Both the position numbers and the translations under genes were made by a program. DNA of 64,000 nt. Origin: Octopus sinensis. Its lineage: Eukaryota. Below are positions 25,056 to 38,641 of the stretch, in pieces. Under the pieces are notes generated by a model. That model saw nothing but the letters and a program-made list of their open reading frames with translations. It was not told the DNA's origin and did no database searches. The stretch lies in the NCBI RefSeq assembly GCF_006345805.1, contig NC_043016.1, positions 14,136,001 to 14,200,000 of the forward strand, read 5' to 3'. Within the stretch, counting starts at the first letter, position 1. Every line of letters begins with the position of its first letter.

Positions 25056-27171
25056 TTTAAAAAAAACAAAAGAAAATCTTTCACGATATTTGTTTTGTGT
25101 ATAAATGAAAATAACTTTTATAACTGTTTATATTTCGTTAAAAGAAAATATGCAATCAATTATAACCAAAGAAGAGGTGGCCTGCACCTCTGTCCTTTAC
25201 ATATGCTGTGTTATAGTTTATTTTTTAATTCTTTGTCATTCCTGGTAGTTATTCTATCAGTCTTTTCTGCCAAACTGCTTAGTTACAAGAATGTAAACAC
25301 ACCAGTGCTAATTGTCAGGCAGTGATGGGGGACAAAAACACAGGCACAATATACACACACACATGATGGGCTTCTTTCAGATGTCACACAGTGGGACTGA
25401 ACCTAGGAACCACGTGGTTGGGAAGCAAGCTTCTTACAACACAACCACACCTGTGTAAAAAATTTCAAGGTCTAACAATTAGAATTCACTCACAGACACT
25501 ATTTTACATTGATAGGTGTTCAGTTCGAATTTAGTTGTTTACTTTTGCTACAAAGAAATTACTTCTCTCATAATTAAATAGAATTCATCATTTTTACATA
25601 ATCATCTCTTAACATCCATTTTCCCACACTTGCAAGAATCAGAAGGAATTTGTTGGGTGAGATTTTCTACAGCCAGATGCCTTTCCTGTCACCAACCTTC
25701 ACCTGTTTATGAGCAAGGTAATATTTCCTTATGGCCAGACATGTTTTCACAGAATATTGGAAATGAATGACTTTCAACTTTAAGTGATGTCAAGATGAGG
25801 TGACACAAGCATACACATGCTCATGTGTGTGTATATAAATACACATGTAGATAATTTACTCTTACACACATGTACACACACAAGTTTCTTTCAGCTTTCG
25901 TCTACCAAATCCACTGACAAGGTTTTGATCAACCTAGGGCTATAGTGGAAGGCATTTGCCATATCTGTGCACATTTAATTTTATTTCATATCAGCTGCTA
26001 CTGTTTTTCTCTTTCTTAATGTTGGCATGAAGAACAATTTTGATGTTATCCTCTCTCATCAGTACAAAATAAAAGAATAGTAATAACATTACCTGTAACA
26101 AAATTCTGAAAAAAAGAAATATAGAGATAGATAAAAAGAAATACTTGATTAAAATATTTCATGGAACAATATATACTTACATGGAGTCGTCTTCAAACAA
26201 ATGTAAATGGCTGGAATGAAAGTCTTCTATATGAAATCCAGCATAAATGAAAAAGGGTTTGATACAAACATTGGTCAAATATATTGTGTTAACAAAAATT
26301 CATAAATTTATATATCAATTTAAATAAACCAGATCTGAATTTGTCCATGAGCTATATTGAATTTCATGAAATATTTTAATAAATGTCAATTTTGCTGATT
26401 TTTTTCCCCCAAATTCTTACCAAATGTAGTGAAATTAATGTACTTCCAATAATTTTGTATTATTAAAATATATACTCTTTATCTTATATTAAACTTTTTA
26501 ATAGTTATATTTATAAAAAAAAAATAATAATAATAATAATAAAAATAAAAATAATAAAATATGTATATATATATATATATATAAATATCATCATCATTTA
26601 GTGTCCGCTTTCCATGCTAGCACGGGTTTGACATTTCAACTGGGGTCTGGGAAGCCAGAAGGCTGCATCAGGCCCAGTCTGATCTGGCAGTGTTTCTACA
26701 GCTGGATGCCCTTCCTGACGCCAACCACTCTGTGAGTGTAGTGGGTGCTTTTTACGTGCCACCCACACAGGTGCCAGATGAGGCTGGCAAACGGCCACGG
26801 ACGGATGGTGCTTTTTACGTGCCACCAGCACGGGGGCCAGGCGAGGCTGGCAACGGCCACAATCAGATGGTGCTTTTTACGTGCCACCGGCACAGGGGCC
26901 AGGTGAGGCTGGCAACGGCCACGAACGGATGGTGCTCTTTACGTGCCTATATATATATATATAAAAAAATTTATAAGTATAAATTAATAATTTAAATAAT
27001 TTTTTAAATTTTAACTTTAAATTTAAATAATATAAATTTTGAATTTTATTTTTTATATATTTTGTATATTATATTGATTAATTTTATTTCTATGTATTGG
27101 TTTATGTTTTTCACTGTTTGATTTGCCTAATAGTGGTTTTATCTCTAATTTAATATATACATATATATATA

Positions 27172-27242
<71 letters not shown>

Positions 27243-27243
<1 letters not shown>

Positions 27244-27490
27244 CAGGAAGCTTTATGAAAATAGACAAAAGACAAAGGCAGGTTTACGGAAATAAACAAA
27301 AGACGAAGGCAGGTGGAATACAAACAAACAATTGTATTAGTATGGCGCTCAGGAAATATAAATAAAACAAGTCTTTAACGTTTCGAGTCTACGCTCTTCA
27401 ACAGAAAGATACACAGAGAAGAAACACAGAAAGAAGGAGAGAAAAAAAATGCGTGCAGAGGCTAGCGAATCAACATGGCGATCTGATTTC
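27243..27490 (-). mobile_element. HHR-bearing PLE-terminus-like repeat next to (TA)n
   Basis: homologous to 40805-41140; both contain the hammerhead-like motif and abut long (TA)n. Confidence 0.55.
27372..27409 (-). ncRNA. Minimal hammerhead-like motif with variant core CUGUUGA
   Basis: - strand TCTTT-CTGTTGA-A-GAG-cgtaga-CTC-GAAA-CGT-T-AAAGA; homologous decayed copy at 40899-40936. Confidence 0.5.
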
Positions 27491-28727
27491 GATATATATA
27501 TGTATGGGTTGATGCCAATGCTGCCTGACTAGCTCCTCATGCCAGTGGTACATAAAAAGCACCATCTAAATTTGGTCGATACCAGTGCCATCTGACTGGT
27601 TCCCATGCCGGTGGCACATAAAAAGCATCCACTATGCTCTTAGAATGGTTCACATTAGGAAGGGCATCCAGTTGTAGAAACCTTGCCAGATCAGATTGGA
27701 GCCTGGTGCAGCCCACTGGCTTGCCAGTCCTCAGTCAAATCGTCCAACCCATGCCAGCATGGAAAACAGACTTTAAACAATGATGATGATGATTATATAC
27801 ATATAGATAGATATTGATATTATATATATGTGTATATATAGATAGATGTATATAGATATTTATATGTAAGTATTAGTTAGATAGATTATGGTAGTCTCTC
27901 AGTCTGGAAAAAGACAATTCTGCAGTTTTTTTTTTAACAACCTGTGCCAAGGATTTGTCTATAAGGATCGAATGTGTGTGCTATAGATTAGCTCAATCCT
28001 TCCATCAAATCGACATTACCTGTACAGGTGCACAAGCATGCTACATAATCAGATGTCGAAATGATTTTAGAACAAGATGAGATGAAGTGTTTTGCTCAAG
28101 AACACAATGCATAACCCAGTCAAGGAATTGAAACCACGATCTTGTGATGAGTACAACACCTAAACCACTAGGTCATATATATAGAAAGATGCTGAGCATC
28201 CTACCACCACTTTCTTCAAACTACTCAACCTTCTATTTCTTATTAGAAGCATCCCGGGCTCCTTTCATCACACTCTAGCCATTCAACACCTGGCATAGAA
28301 CCAGTGCCCCTCCACCTCTCAAATATTGCCATCCTGCATTTAATCAAGGTTTTTCCCTGTCCATCTTTATTTTTTTTCTAACTCCATCTACCTGTTCCTT
28401 TCTTGCCTTGCAAGTTACTTGGCAACCCTGCTAGTGTTGGTGCCACATAAAAAATCATCCAGTACTACTCTGTAAAGTGGATGACACTAGCAAGAAGGAA
28501 ATCCAGCCTAGAAACCTAGGCAGAGCGGATAGTGGAGCTTGATATAGTTTTCTGATTTTCCCGTTCCTGTCCTCGATAGTTCTGGAACTAATTGCAATAA
28601 AAATAATTACAATGTCATAAAGATAATTCATTTTTCAAACAATTTTCCTGTTATACCATTCAATAAGTAAATTCATAGATAAATAAAATTTGTGCATGCT
28701 TACACACAAGAGTGCTAGTGAACAGTG

Positions 28728-28759
<32 letters not shown>

Positions 28760-28803
28760 CATACACACATCCACACTTGCACGATTATAGATCCACACAC
28801 ACA

Positions 28804-28838
<35 letters not shown>

Positions 28839-29036
28839 CAAAATAAGAATATACATTACATAGATGCATAAGTGTACCTGTTTACACAATCAAACCTATA
28901 TATGTATGTATAAAAATACAAAATGGGACAAGAACGCAAAATACACAGAGACGACACAAAAAAAAGGACAGGTCATTTGAAGCCTCTAATCTTCAGTCAA
29001 GAACCGGATCATCCTAGCAAATTTCGGCTGATTAAT

Positions 29037-29070
<34 letters not shown>

Positions 29071-29074
<4 letters not shown>

Positions 29075-30344
29075 TGTCCGGAAAGTTCATGTCGATTTAT
29101 AGTAGCTTACATTTCGACTTATTTTAGAATATGGTGGAGTCCATAAAATAGGATTTGACTACACCTCCATCTAGTGCACAGTTTAAGCTATCTTTTCGTA
29201 GAAGAAGGTTTATGTTCCTATAACCTGTGTTAATTCTGTAACCCTTTAAAATGGATGATAAGAAAGTTCATTTTCAGCACTTTATGCTTTTCTTTTTCCG
29301 TAAAGGGAAAAATGCCTCACAAGCAACCAAAGAAATATGCGCAGTTTACGGTGATGTTTCTTTATCCGAAAGAACTGTACGGATGTGGTTTGCAAGGTTC
29401 TGAGCTGGAGATTGTAGCCTTATTGATAAAGAGTGATCAGGCAGACCATCCACCACAGATGATGACCAAATCAAGTCATTAACTGAGAATAACCCACATG
29501 GCACAACCCAAGAATTGGCAGAAAGCCTCACCCTATCAAAATCCATCATTCATGAGCACCTGGTAAAGTTTGGGTATACAAATTGCTACAGTGTTTGGGT
29601 ACCACATGAGTTGAGTGAGAGGAACCTTTTGGATCACATTTCCATCTGTGATTCGCTTTATAAATGGAATGAAAACACATAATTTTAAAGCAAACTGTGA
29701 CAGGTGATGAGAAATGGATTATCTACCAAAATGTTCAGAGAAAGTGATCCTGGATTAAGCAACATGAGCCACCCTTAGCCACCCCAAAAGCGGGTCTTTA
29801 CCCTAAAAAAGTCTTGCTTTGTGTCTGGTGGAATTGGAAAAGAATTCTGTACTATGAACTTCTCCCAAGTAACCAGATAATTAATTCTGAGAAATACTGC
29901 ATACAACTGGATGAGTTAAAAGCAGCAATTCAAGAGAAACATCCAGAATTGGCCAACAGGAAGGGTGTTGTTTTCCAACATGATAATGCAAGGCCGCACG
30001 TTTCTTTGGGAACCAGACAAAAATTGCTGCAGCTTGGCTGGGATGTGTTACTCCACCCTCCATATTCTCCAGATATTGCTCCTTCAGATTTCCACTTATT
30101 CAGGTCTCTGCAGAATAATCTTAATGGTAAAAATTTCAATTCCTTGGATGACGTAAAAAGATACATTGATGAATTCTTTGCCACAAAACCACCTCAATTC
30201 TGGGAAGAGGGTATTTTCAAGTTAAAGCAAAGATGGAGACACGTTGTGCAACAAAATGGTTCATATTTGGTTGATTAAAAATGTAATGGCAAGTATTATT
30301 GACCTTTTTCTTTCCTTTAAAAATTAGCACAAACTTTCCGGACA

Positions 30345-30348
<4 letters not shown>
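29071..30348 (+). mobile_element. Full-length (1278 bp) mariner DD34D transposon with pseudogenised transposase (29251-30278)
   Basis: TIRs GGGTTGTCCGGAAAGTT / AACTTTCCGGACAACCC flanked by (TA)n; TGDEKW, HDNARPH, YSPDIAPSDFHLF and WVPHEL motifs; in-frame stops and one frameshift. Confidence 0.92.
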
Positions 30349-30391
<43 letters not shown>

Positions 30392-31067
30392 ATATAAGGC
30401 CATACAAAAACACACACATGCACACATAACTGGAGTATTCTGACATCCAGAAAATGACTTGAATAATTATAGATTCACGCAGCTGATGCAGAGGAAAGGA
30501 AAAGTCTAATAAGACAGATACATGAGCATGATGACATTCTGCAAGTTAGATGTGATGATACGTAAGAACAAGGATGGGCTCACAGTAACAGAGAAAGGGG
30601 AGATGAAAGAGGCAACTATCACAGCAATAATTTCTTCCTTCAACAAATCAGCCACTGGATTTTACTTTTTCAAACATATGTGAAACTCTTTGCTTTAAAG
30701 ATAGGTAAGTGTTGGCAACGGGAAGGGCACCCAGCTGTAAAACAATGCATTAGTAATAAATTTGTTTAACCTATGCTAGCATGGAAATCCTTTAATGTCT
30801 GTTTTCCACACTGGCATGGGCTGGACAGATATAAAAACAAAAATTGATACATATATATATATACACACACACACACATAAACACTTTTTTTTTTACCATC
30901 TTAAAGCTTTCTGAACATGACTGAAAAAGTCTTTCACTCTCATTTAAAAGGATTCTGCAACAAACTGTAGAATGGACAAGATGCTTGAATGGCAATAAAG
31001 AATATAACTAACTCTACATAATTATAAAGAAATAGGAACAACTTAAGTAACATGAAAACACTGAATC

Positions 31068-31324
31068 TTTATTCCATATGGGAGCAAGCTGATGGGCTTT
31101 TATCATTGTTGCTCATGCATAGAAATAAAGAAATATTTAAAATTAAACATCTTTATGCACTAATAACTACCAAAATAACTTCAGAATAATTTCATTTCTT
31201 ACCAAAAATAGTTTTAAATGTGATTAATTGAAAAAGAAAGTAGTGTCTCAGCATCATAAAATAGGATGCATCTAAGATATGTTACAAGTTTTTAAAAATG
31301 TATATAAATTAACATGTTTTTATT
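31068..31324 (-). terminator. Candidate polyadenylation signals of BTBD3/6
   Basis: AATAAA on the - strand at 31319-31324 and 31068-31073, downstream of the stop codon. Confidence 0.35.
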
Positions 31325-31503
31325 ATCACATAGTATTCCTGATAAAATGTTAATGACATCAATTAAGTAGATGTAAATGGTAAAATGTTATTGTTAAAGA
31401 ACAAAAGAAACAACAAGAAAATGTTTGTCAGCGACCCTGAAATACATTTCAGCAATTTTTAAATATAATAATTTATTACTTAAAATCTAATTTAACTACA
31501 TTT

Positions 31504-32533
31504 TCAATAAAAAATAATTTCTGGTATTTGTCCTCCTTGCACTCCTGTTCCATTGGTACTATCCGAGGAACACTGGAATTGGAAAGTCACTTTACCACAT
31601 TGACATTCAGCCATACCTTCTTGGCCAAAGTAACTTAGTTCTGCACCATCAAGAATGGCACTGGCTGTGTAAAATGTATCTGCCTCAACTGAAATTGGTT
31701 TCTCAAACATTACTGAAAATGTCGAACTAGAGCCATCAGAGAAAAAGCTAGTCTGATTTTGTCCCAAAATATTTCCATTTTTCTTCAATTCTATTTTGAC
31801 TTGATATTCAGCAGCACCATTACTAGACCCATAAAGACCAAAACCTACAATAAATATTCGTCTGTCAACAGAGAACTGAATGCTGTCGCACCGCCCACGA
31901 TAACGCCACTGGTTACTTCGATACGCTGAGGATTGAAAGCGTCGGCATTTTTGTGGTTGAAGTCCGGTCCTTTGATTATGAATGAATGGAAGAATAGGTT
32001 TGGAGTGTGCAGTGAAATGAAGGAAAATATCTGTGGTTTCCTTTAATGTTATGATTCCAGATTGAGCTGGACCATTAGCAAAGTCTTCAAGAGACATTGC
32101 AGGTAAGCGAATGTGATACATAGCAGACTTCAAAACAGCTCGTTTATTTTCGGGAGTGGGCTGCAAATCTTGTCGTAAACATTCAGCTTCTGCCCACTTA
32201 CATGCAGCATTGAAAATTGACAATTCCTTAACATTTAACGTGTCCCTTGCCAAAACAGATTGCAGAGTTGAATGATCGATTTCACAGAAACTTTCAGACT
32301 TGAGTGCTTCTTCAGCTTGAGCATCAATAACTTCCCAACATCTTTGTGTTAATTCTTCCTCTTCAAAAAACAGACCGTGGCTTAATGAAACACAAGCATT
32401 TCGTGCACTGAGAGTTGTTCCCATGTACTGTACACAGGCTTTTGTTAAATATGGCACTAGATACTTCTTTGCTGCATATAAAGTAGACCAGACGTTGTCA
32501 GCATCCAGCTGGATTTCATCACAATAGATATAT
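31504..32533 (-). CDS. BTBD3/BTBD6: BTB/POZ-BACK-PHR protein, last coding exon
   Basis: polypyrimidine+cag acceptor; YIYCDEIQL..TLYAAKKYLVP..RCWEVIDAQAE (BTB/BACK) and PHR domain RFQSSAYRSNQWRYRGRCDSIQF..STNGTGVQGGQIPEIIFY*, diagnostic of BTBD3/BTBD6 (Drosophila lute). Confidence 0.95.
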
Positions 32534-33860
32534 CTGGAAAAGAAAAAAAAATAACATGAATAAATGCCTGTAACATGCCGTCCAAACATTATGTAAATTA
32601 ATTACAAGAATAATGAAGCTAAAAGAAATTAATGTTAATTGTTTATTCAGTGTTTGATTGACTTCCATATTATTAGAAATGTGAGTGATAATTAATAAGA
32701 GTGAGATGGTAGAATTAAAACCAAAGAAGATAAGCTATATCACATGATGCTTGGTTTTACAAATGAGAAAACAGAGGTCTATAACCCTAAAGGCACAAAT
32801 CCTGAAATGATTTTAGGGGAAGGGACAAGTCAATTACATCGACTTCCTCTGCTCTGTTGCCACTTATCAACTCTGAAAGGATGAAAGGCAAAGACGACCT
32901 CAGCGTAATTTGAACTCCGAATGTAGAAACAGATAAAATGCTGCTAAATATTTTGTCCAGCATGCTAACAATTGTGCCAACTTGCTGCCTTCCAGAGGAA
33001 TGGTGATGCTTTGTATCACTCACCTCATACTACAATGGAATCTTTTATTTTTTACTTGTTTCAGTCATTGGACTGCAGCCATACAGTGGGGGGGGGCATT
33101 TTTTGAAGAATTTTAGTCAAATGAATCAATCATTTTTGTTTTGTTTTTTTAAAACTGGTATTTATTCTATCAGTTTCTTTTACCAAACTGCTAAGTTACA
33201 GGTATGTGAACACACCAACACTGGTTGTCAAGTGGTGGTGATGGTGGACAAACAAAGACACACACTTATATATAAACAATGATGATGATGATATATATAT
33301 ATCATCATCCACCAAATCCACTCACAGGGCTTTGGTTGGCCTGAGGCTGTAGTAAAAGACACCTGCTCAAAGTGCCATGCAGTGAGGCTGAACCCAGAAA
33401 CATGTGGGTGGAAAGCAAGCTTCTAACCGCACAATCACACCTGCATCGTTGGTGTCACAGAAGACAGCATCATCACGAGATGTTTTAACGAGTTCTTTCA
33501 TACTAAAATGTTGTAAGTTTTTAGGATTTCTTTTTCTTCTTACCAGATTTTAGTCATCAAGTTATCTACTATTACCTGTCTTTTCTAATGTTTGAAGTGA
33601 AGCAACTTCAACCAGAAAGAAAATGTAGACCATATTTTCATCTCACAGGTAGGGAAGGAAGGTAGCTCTATTCTACCACACCTGCTACAGACAGGTAAAT
33701 TATTACAGCATGATTAATCAGCTTACATTAACATACTTAAAAAAAAAATCATGAATTAAATTACATTATATAAATTATTATCTGGCAGAAATTCATGAAC
33801 CTATAATTATGCAACTAAATAATTAAATCACATCAATTAAGCAAAAAATAATAAATTTAC

Positions 33861-34318
33861 CTGAGTAAGTTTAAGAAAGCATCAGGTTGAATATCGGTGA
33901 CATGTATTTCATTGGAATTAGTTTGATCTGCAAGTGCACCATAGAACATAGCAAAGAATACTGAACTAGCTGTTGCTAATACATATTTGTGAGCCCATAC
34001 AGATGTGGTACCTACAATAAAACGAACATCCGACATCAAAGGATTATTAAACATAACAGCATTGCGTGCTCTAATAGTTGTCATTGAAGCTTGCCAATTC
34101 ACTTCTTGACTTGCTTTTGATGTAGGTAAAGTTTTTGGTGAAGGGGCTCTGTCTTTCCAATTAGTATCAGAGGTTGATTCTAAATGTATTTTGGGAGACT
34201 TTGGAATATATTTTTGGTGTACATAGTTCTGGGGAACTTCTTGGTTTATTTCTTCATTATCCTTAATTTGCTTTATGGATGTGCATTGCCTTCCTTCAGA
34301 CATTGCTAGTTTATTCAT
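33861..34318 (-). CDS. BTBD3/BTBD6: BTB/POZ-BACK-PHR protein, first coding exon
   Basis: ATG at 34318, 5 nt after the cttgcag acceptor (exon starts 34323); NWQASMTTIRARNAVMFNNPLMSDVRF..HKYVLATASSVFFAMFYG; donor GTAAAT, phase 2, joins the next exon to give 495 aa. Confidence 0.92.
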
Positions 34319-34489
34319 GAATTCTGCAAGAGAAAAAAAGTGAATGTATCAAGTTGGGAAAAATTATGGGAAATTAGAGGAAATTTCCATAATTTGAAAT
34401 ACTGCTTTTAATGAGGTAACATTAAAAAATTTATGAATTTTGAGAATCAATAGACTAAAGAAATATTTCAATTCTTTCTTAATTCAGCA

Positions 34490-35095
34490 TTTACCCTAAA
34501 CGTCTCAGCATAACCATAGAATCATCTGTATCTATGGTAATATTGAGACTGATGTCAACTGTGGAATTAGCAATGTTCCAGCCATATTCCAGAGAATGTG
34601 TCATTTGGTCCTCCAATACTGTCAGCCTATACACAAAAGATCCAGCTCTGTAATAGCATACTTCTACCAACACATTTCTCTATGCCAGGGAGACATGGAA
34701 GAGCACCACGGAAATCAACAGAAAGCTAGATGTGTTCCACCAAAGATGCTCGAGAAGGATTCTCAGAACACACTGGTAAGACCAAATAACCAATGAAGAT
34801 ATTCTTAAGAGAGCCAACACAAGACCATTTGGTGGAAATCATACCAGAACAAAGATTAAAAGCTCTCATGCACTGGCTACGAGAACAATGTTATTCTAAA
34901 ACAGTATTCAAATGGACACCATTGGAGGGGGAAAAGGAAGAGGGGAAGACTGAAGACTACATGGCACAGAATATTCCTAACCGACATGGGAGAAGCCAAT
35001 ATCATATGGCTAGAAATAGAGAAAACCACAGTCAAGTGAAACTATTTGGTTGCCTAATGCGTACAAGAGCACAAGAGGAAGTTATACTGAGATAA
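34490..35095 (+). mobile_element. RTE-like LINE 3' end (second subfamily)
   Basis: FHQRCSRRILRTHW.DQITNEDILKRANTR..VFKWTP. Confidence 0.6.
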
Positions 35096-36374
35096 TAAAA
35101 TTCTATATTAGCTGCCACATATTAACATTATAGATGAAGGAGATATAAACTTTATAAGCTGTAGTAAGGGCAACCCATTTAGAAGGGGGCAGAAACTTGA
35201 AAATAAGAATGGATTTAGGCTTGACGGGATGCTACTATCCTTCTACAAATAAGTTTTCTAGGGTGAAGTGGTTAGTGTTAGAAAGAACATTCAGCATAAG
35301 AATCACACACAAACATACACACACATGCACGACATTGTAGCTGCTTTGAGTGAAATGAAAAGTGGTTGTGACAGGAGGTGAAACTTGTCAGAGACTTCAA
35401 ATGATGATAAACTTGTATCATTATCATTCATACTATTACATATAGTGACTAATATAAGCCATTATATTTTAGTTATTACACCCAGAACTATAACAATTAT
35501 GAATTTTCATAACTAAATGAAAACTAACCACTACAAATGTTAACCACACTTCCACTAACATTACCAATTTATTAGCAAAACCTATCCAGCATGAATTGTA
35601 TTCATTTCATTTAATACTTATAATACTAAAGTTGTAGTTGAATCCTCCATTAAGACCATTCTATGATTACTGTAGAGTAGCGGAGAGATCTGCATTCTAT
35701 CCTCAAAGTTCACATGTTTTCTTGCCATTAGTATGGAATATCTTTTTTTTCTCCCATTATAATTATTTCTGTAGTCTTAAGGATCTGGAACACAAAGAAG
35801 AAGTTCACAAGTGGAGTGCAATCCAATGGTCGTTTATTTTGAGTTCTCGTTCATGTGGTTCGCTCTCAGTGACCATCTTTATGGCAGCACGTGGTTCTAT
35901 GGTTAAAAATTCTTGTAAGTTTTACAATTACAAACATGATTCATCTAAAATCTTGTCTGGGTGGGGGTTCCACTTTTTATATTCTGCAATGATACTTGTT
36001 AAAGTAGAGTAAGGTTTGTATCTCTGGATGAATGGATGGGAGATAGACTTTTCTCTCTCAGATAAGACACCTATCCTCATCGATGAGGACGAAAAGCCTG
36101 CATGGTAACTCCAACTGTCAGGAATAACAACCAAATCACCTTTGAACAACACCTAAAGTCTAAAGAAAGAAAGATATTGGATAATATAATCCATTGATTG
36201 AAAAAAAAGCTGAGGTGGTCATGGATGGTCATGGAGAGCTACCTTAGAGGTAAACCACACCTAGATACTTGACTTCTTTGTTCTTCTGTTGAATGGAAAT
36301 CAGGCATGGACGTATATTTTCAGTAAACAAAGGTAAGTGGCATGCATTTGTGAAATAAGGCTGGCTGTGTGTAG

Positions 36375-36655
36375 AGAGAGAAAGGGGGAGGGGGAAAGAG
36401 GGAGAAAGAGAAAGATAGGGAGAGAGGAGGAGATAGGGAGGAAAAGAGAGAGGGAGAGAGAGGGTGAAAGAGAGAAGTGAGAGAGGGAGAGAAGGTGAGA
36501 GAGAGGGGAATAGAGGGAAAGAGGGAGGAAAAGAGAGAGGGAGAGAGAGAAAGACGGAAAGACAGAGAGAGAGAAAGAGAGAGGGAGAGAGAGAAAGACG
36601 GAAAGACAGAGAGAGAGAAAGAAAGAGAGAGAGTGGGAAAGAGAGAGAGAAAGAT
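36375..36655. repeat. GA-rich low-complexity/microsatellite tract
   Basis: direct; similar tracts at 40960-41112 and (CT)n 60735-60778; long (TA)n at 15830-15921, 27172-27242, 60405-60481. Confidence 0.9.
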
Positions 36656-38248
36656 CCATTGAATGCATAACATTCAATATATTCACAAGTTATTTTTGCT
36701 GATCTCAGCTTACTGAAGAAGTTAGGGAAAGCAATAAAATTAAAAAATAATTGGTTAATGAGTTTTCCATTCCACAGTATCAAACCAGGGACAGAGTACA
36801 GAACAAAGAAACAGAGTATCAGTCATTAATACACACATACAGGGTCATCATTACAGTTTTATAAGGTCTGGCAGCAAGCCACAATATACATAGACCAAAA
36901 TTAAGGCCCTAGACCCAGTTAGGCCCAGTATGCACATGCCTTAAGGCAGCCCTGAAATCCAATGAAGCAAACTCAGAGTTTTCCTCTCAAGCAAAGTACT
37001 ATTTATTTATTTATCTTAACAAATTCTTTATGTTCCCTATCATTCAATGTGGTTGGTCAGATCAGAATTATATCATAGAGCAAATAAGTGACATGCCCAG
37101 ATTCCAAATCCTTTTCCCCTTAAATTTCACACACACACACCAGCCATGTGCTGAATAAATAAGCTAAGCTGGCAATAATAATGATAATAATAATCACTCG
37201 ATGTCCACTTCCCATGCTGGCATGGGTTGGACAATTTGACTGGGGACTGGCAAGCCAGGAGGCCGCACTAGCCTCCAATCTGATCAGGCATGATCTTACT
37301 AATGCCAACCATTCCAAGAGTGTAGTGGATGCTTTTTATGTGCCACGGACATGGGGAGCCAGTCAGGCGGAACTGGCATCGACCACATTTGGATGGTGGT
37401 TTTTAAGTGCCACTGGCACGGGAAGCCAGTTGGGGCGAGGGGGCTGGCATTGACCACATTTGGATGGTGCTTTTTATGTTCCACTAGCATGGGGAGCCAG
37501 TCAGGTGGCACTGGCATCAGCCACAACTACAATTTCCATTTGATTGTGATTTGATTTGGATTTTGATTTACTTGGTACAGCAGATCTCCTCACGCACGGC
37601 ATGTTGTCCGATGATCCAAAGGTACTTTTTAATTGGTTATGCGACACTGGTGTAGGCTATGGCTGTGATCTCACTTTACTTGCCAGGTCTTCACAATAAG
37701 TATTACCAAAGTAAATTGTCAAAAAAAAGCCCTATAAATAATGGGTAATATTTAAATATATTTTTATACATAAATACATAATTAAAAATACATATATGTG
37801 TATATACATAAATTCAAATATTAAAAGAAGTTGGATATGTTGTAACTATGCACATAATCATTAAAGCTATTATATATACATGGCAATTACAGTACTTATA
37901 CAGCTGTTTTTACACGGTTTTTTCATTATTTTATACACACACAAAATAAAATGTCTCTAGAAATTAGCTTGATGATCAGAAGCAAATGATTGCACACATT
38001 CATATATTCTTCATTTTGAATAAAAGTAGAAATGAAAATCAACCTGACTTTTTGATGATGTTTGATGCCCCTTATATATATATATCATTATATAATATAT
38101 ATATAATTAAATATTTTAATTAATTGTATCATATTTTTTATTCTATTTTTTTATTTAAACAAGAATATATTTGTTAAGATATTTCGTTAAGATTGATTAC
38201 GTATATTTATTAATTTATCTAATTAATCATTTTATTGTTTTTATCTTG

Positions 38249-38350
38249 AACCTGAAGAGTGGCTATATTTATATTGAAGTGATTTTACTAATACTACTAT
38301 TATTATTACTATTATCATTTCTTAAATATAGCCACGAAATATGTATTGTT
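38249..38350 (+). ncRNA. Type-I hammerhead ribozyme with 12-bp stem II
   Basis: CTGAAGA 38252-38258, GTGGCTATATTT/AAATATAGCCAC perfect stem II, GAAA 38336-38339, near-palindrome ATATGTAT, AUU triplet, stem I only AAC/GTT. Confidence 0.6.
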
Positions 38351-38522
38351 ATTCTACCAAATATATACGTTTTATTTACTACTTTGCACATTACTTAATC
38401 AATGTTATATGTTTTATCTTATATTTAATCTTTCTATAATATGTAATATTTCTAAATGGTATAATTTAATTTTTCATTATTGAATTGATAGAAGGTGGGC
38501 TTTTTTTTAATTTATTAGAAAA

Positions 38523-38563
<41 letters not shown>

Positions 38564-38641
38564 TTTGTGAAATTTGATTTAGTATTTCTGAATTGAATTT
38601 TTCCCTGTAAGTTTGGAATAATATTCCCTCATATTATTATA

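Noticed and set aside
95-29030. TGACTGAAG..stem motifs on the - strand at about 95-135, 15390-15440 and 28965-29010
   Set aside because: Core would need an insertion and GAAA/stem III are not recognisable; not supportable without a consensus.
29814-30278. ORF that pipelines may label SETMAR-like
   Set aside because: C-terminal part of a dead mariner transposase inside TIRs; no SET domain.
31504-31506. TGA after ..IIFY as possible selenocysteine
   Set aside because: The 3' UTR hairpin near 31080-31115 lacks the SECIS GA quartet; the family is not known as a selenoprotein and homologues end at about this position.
36075-36094. Perfect palindrome CCTCATCGATGAGG followed by ACGAAA
   Set aside because: Resembles hammerhead text but lacks CTGA and stems I/III; probably within a decayed LINE.
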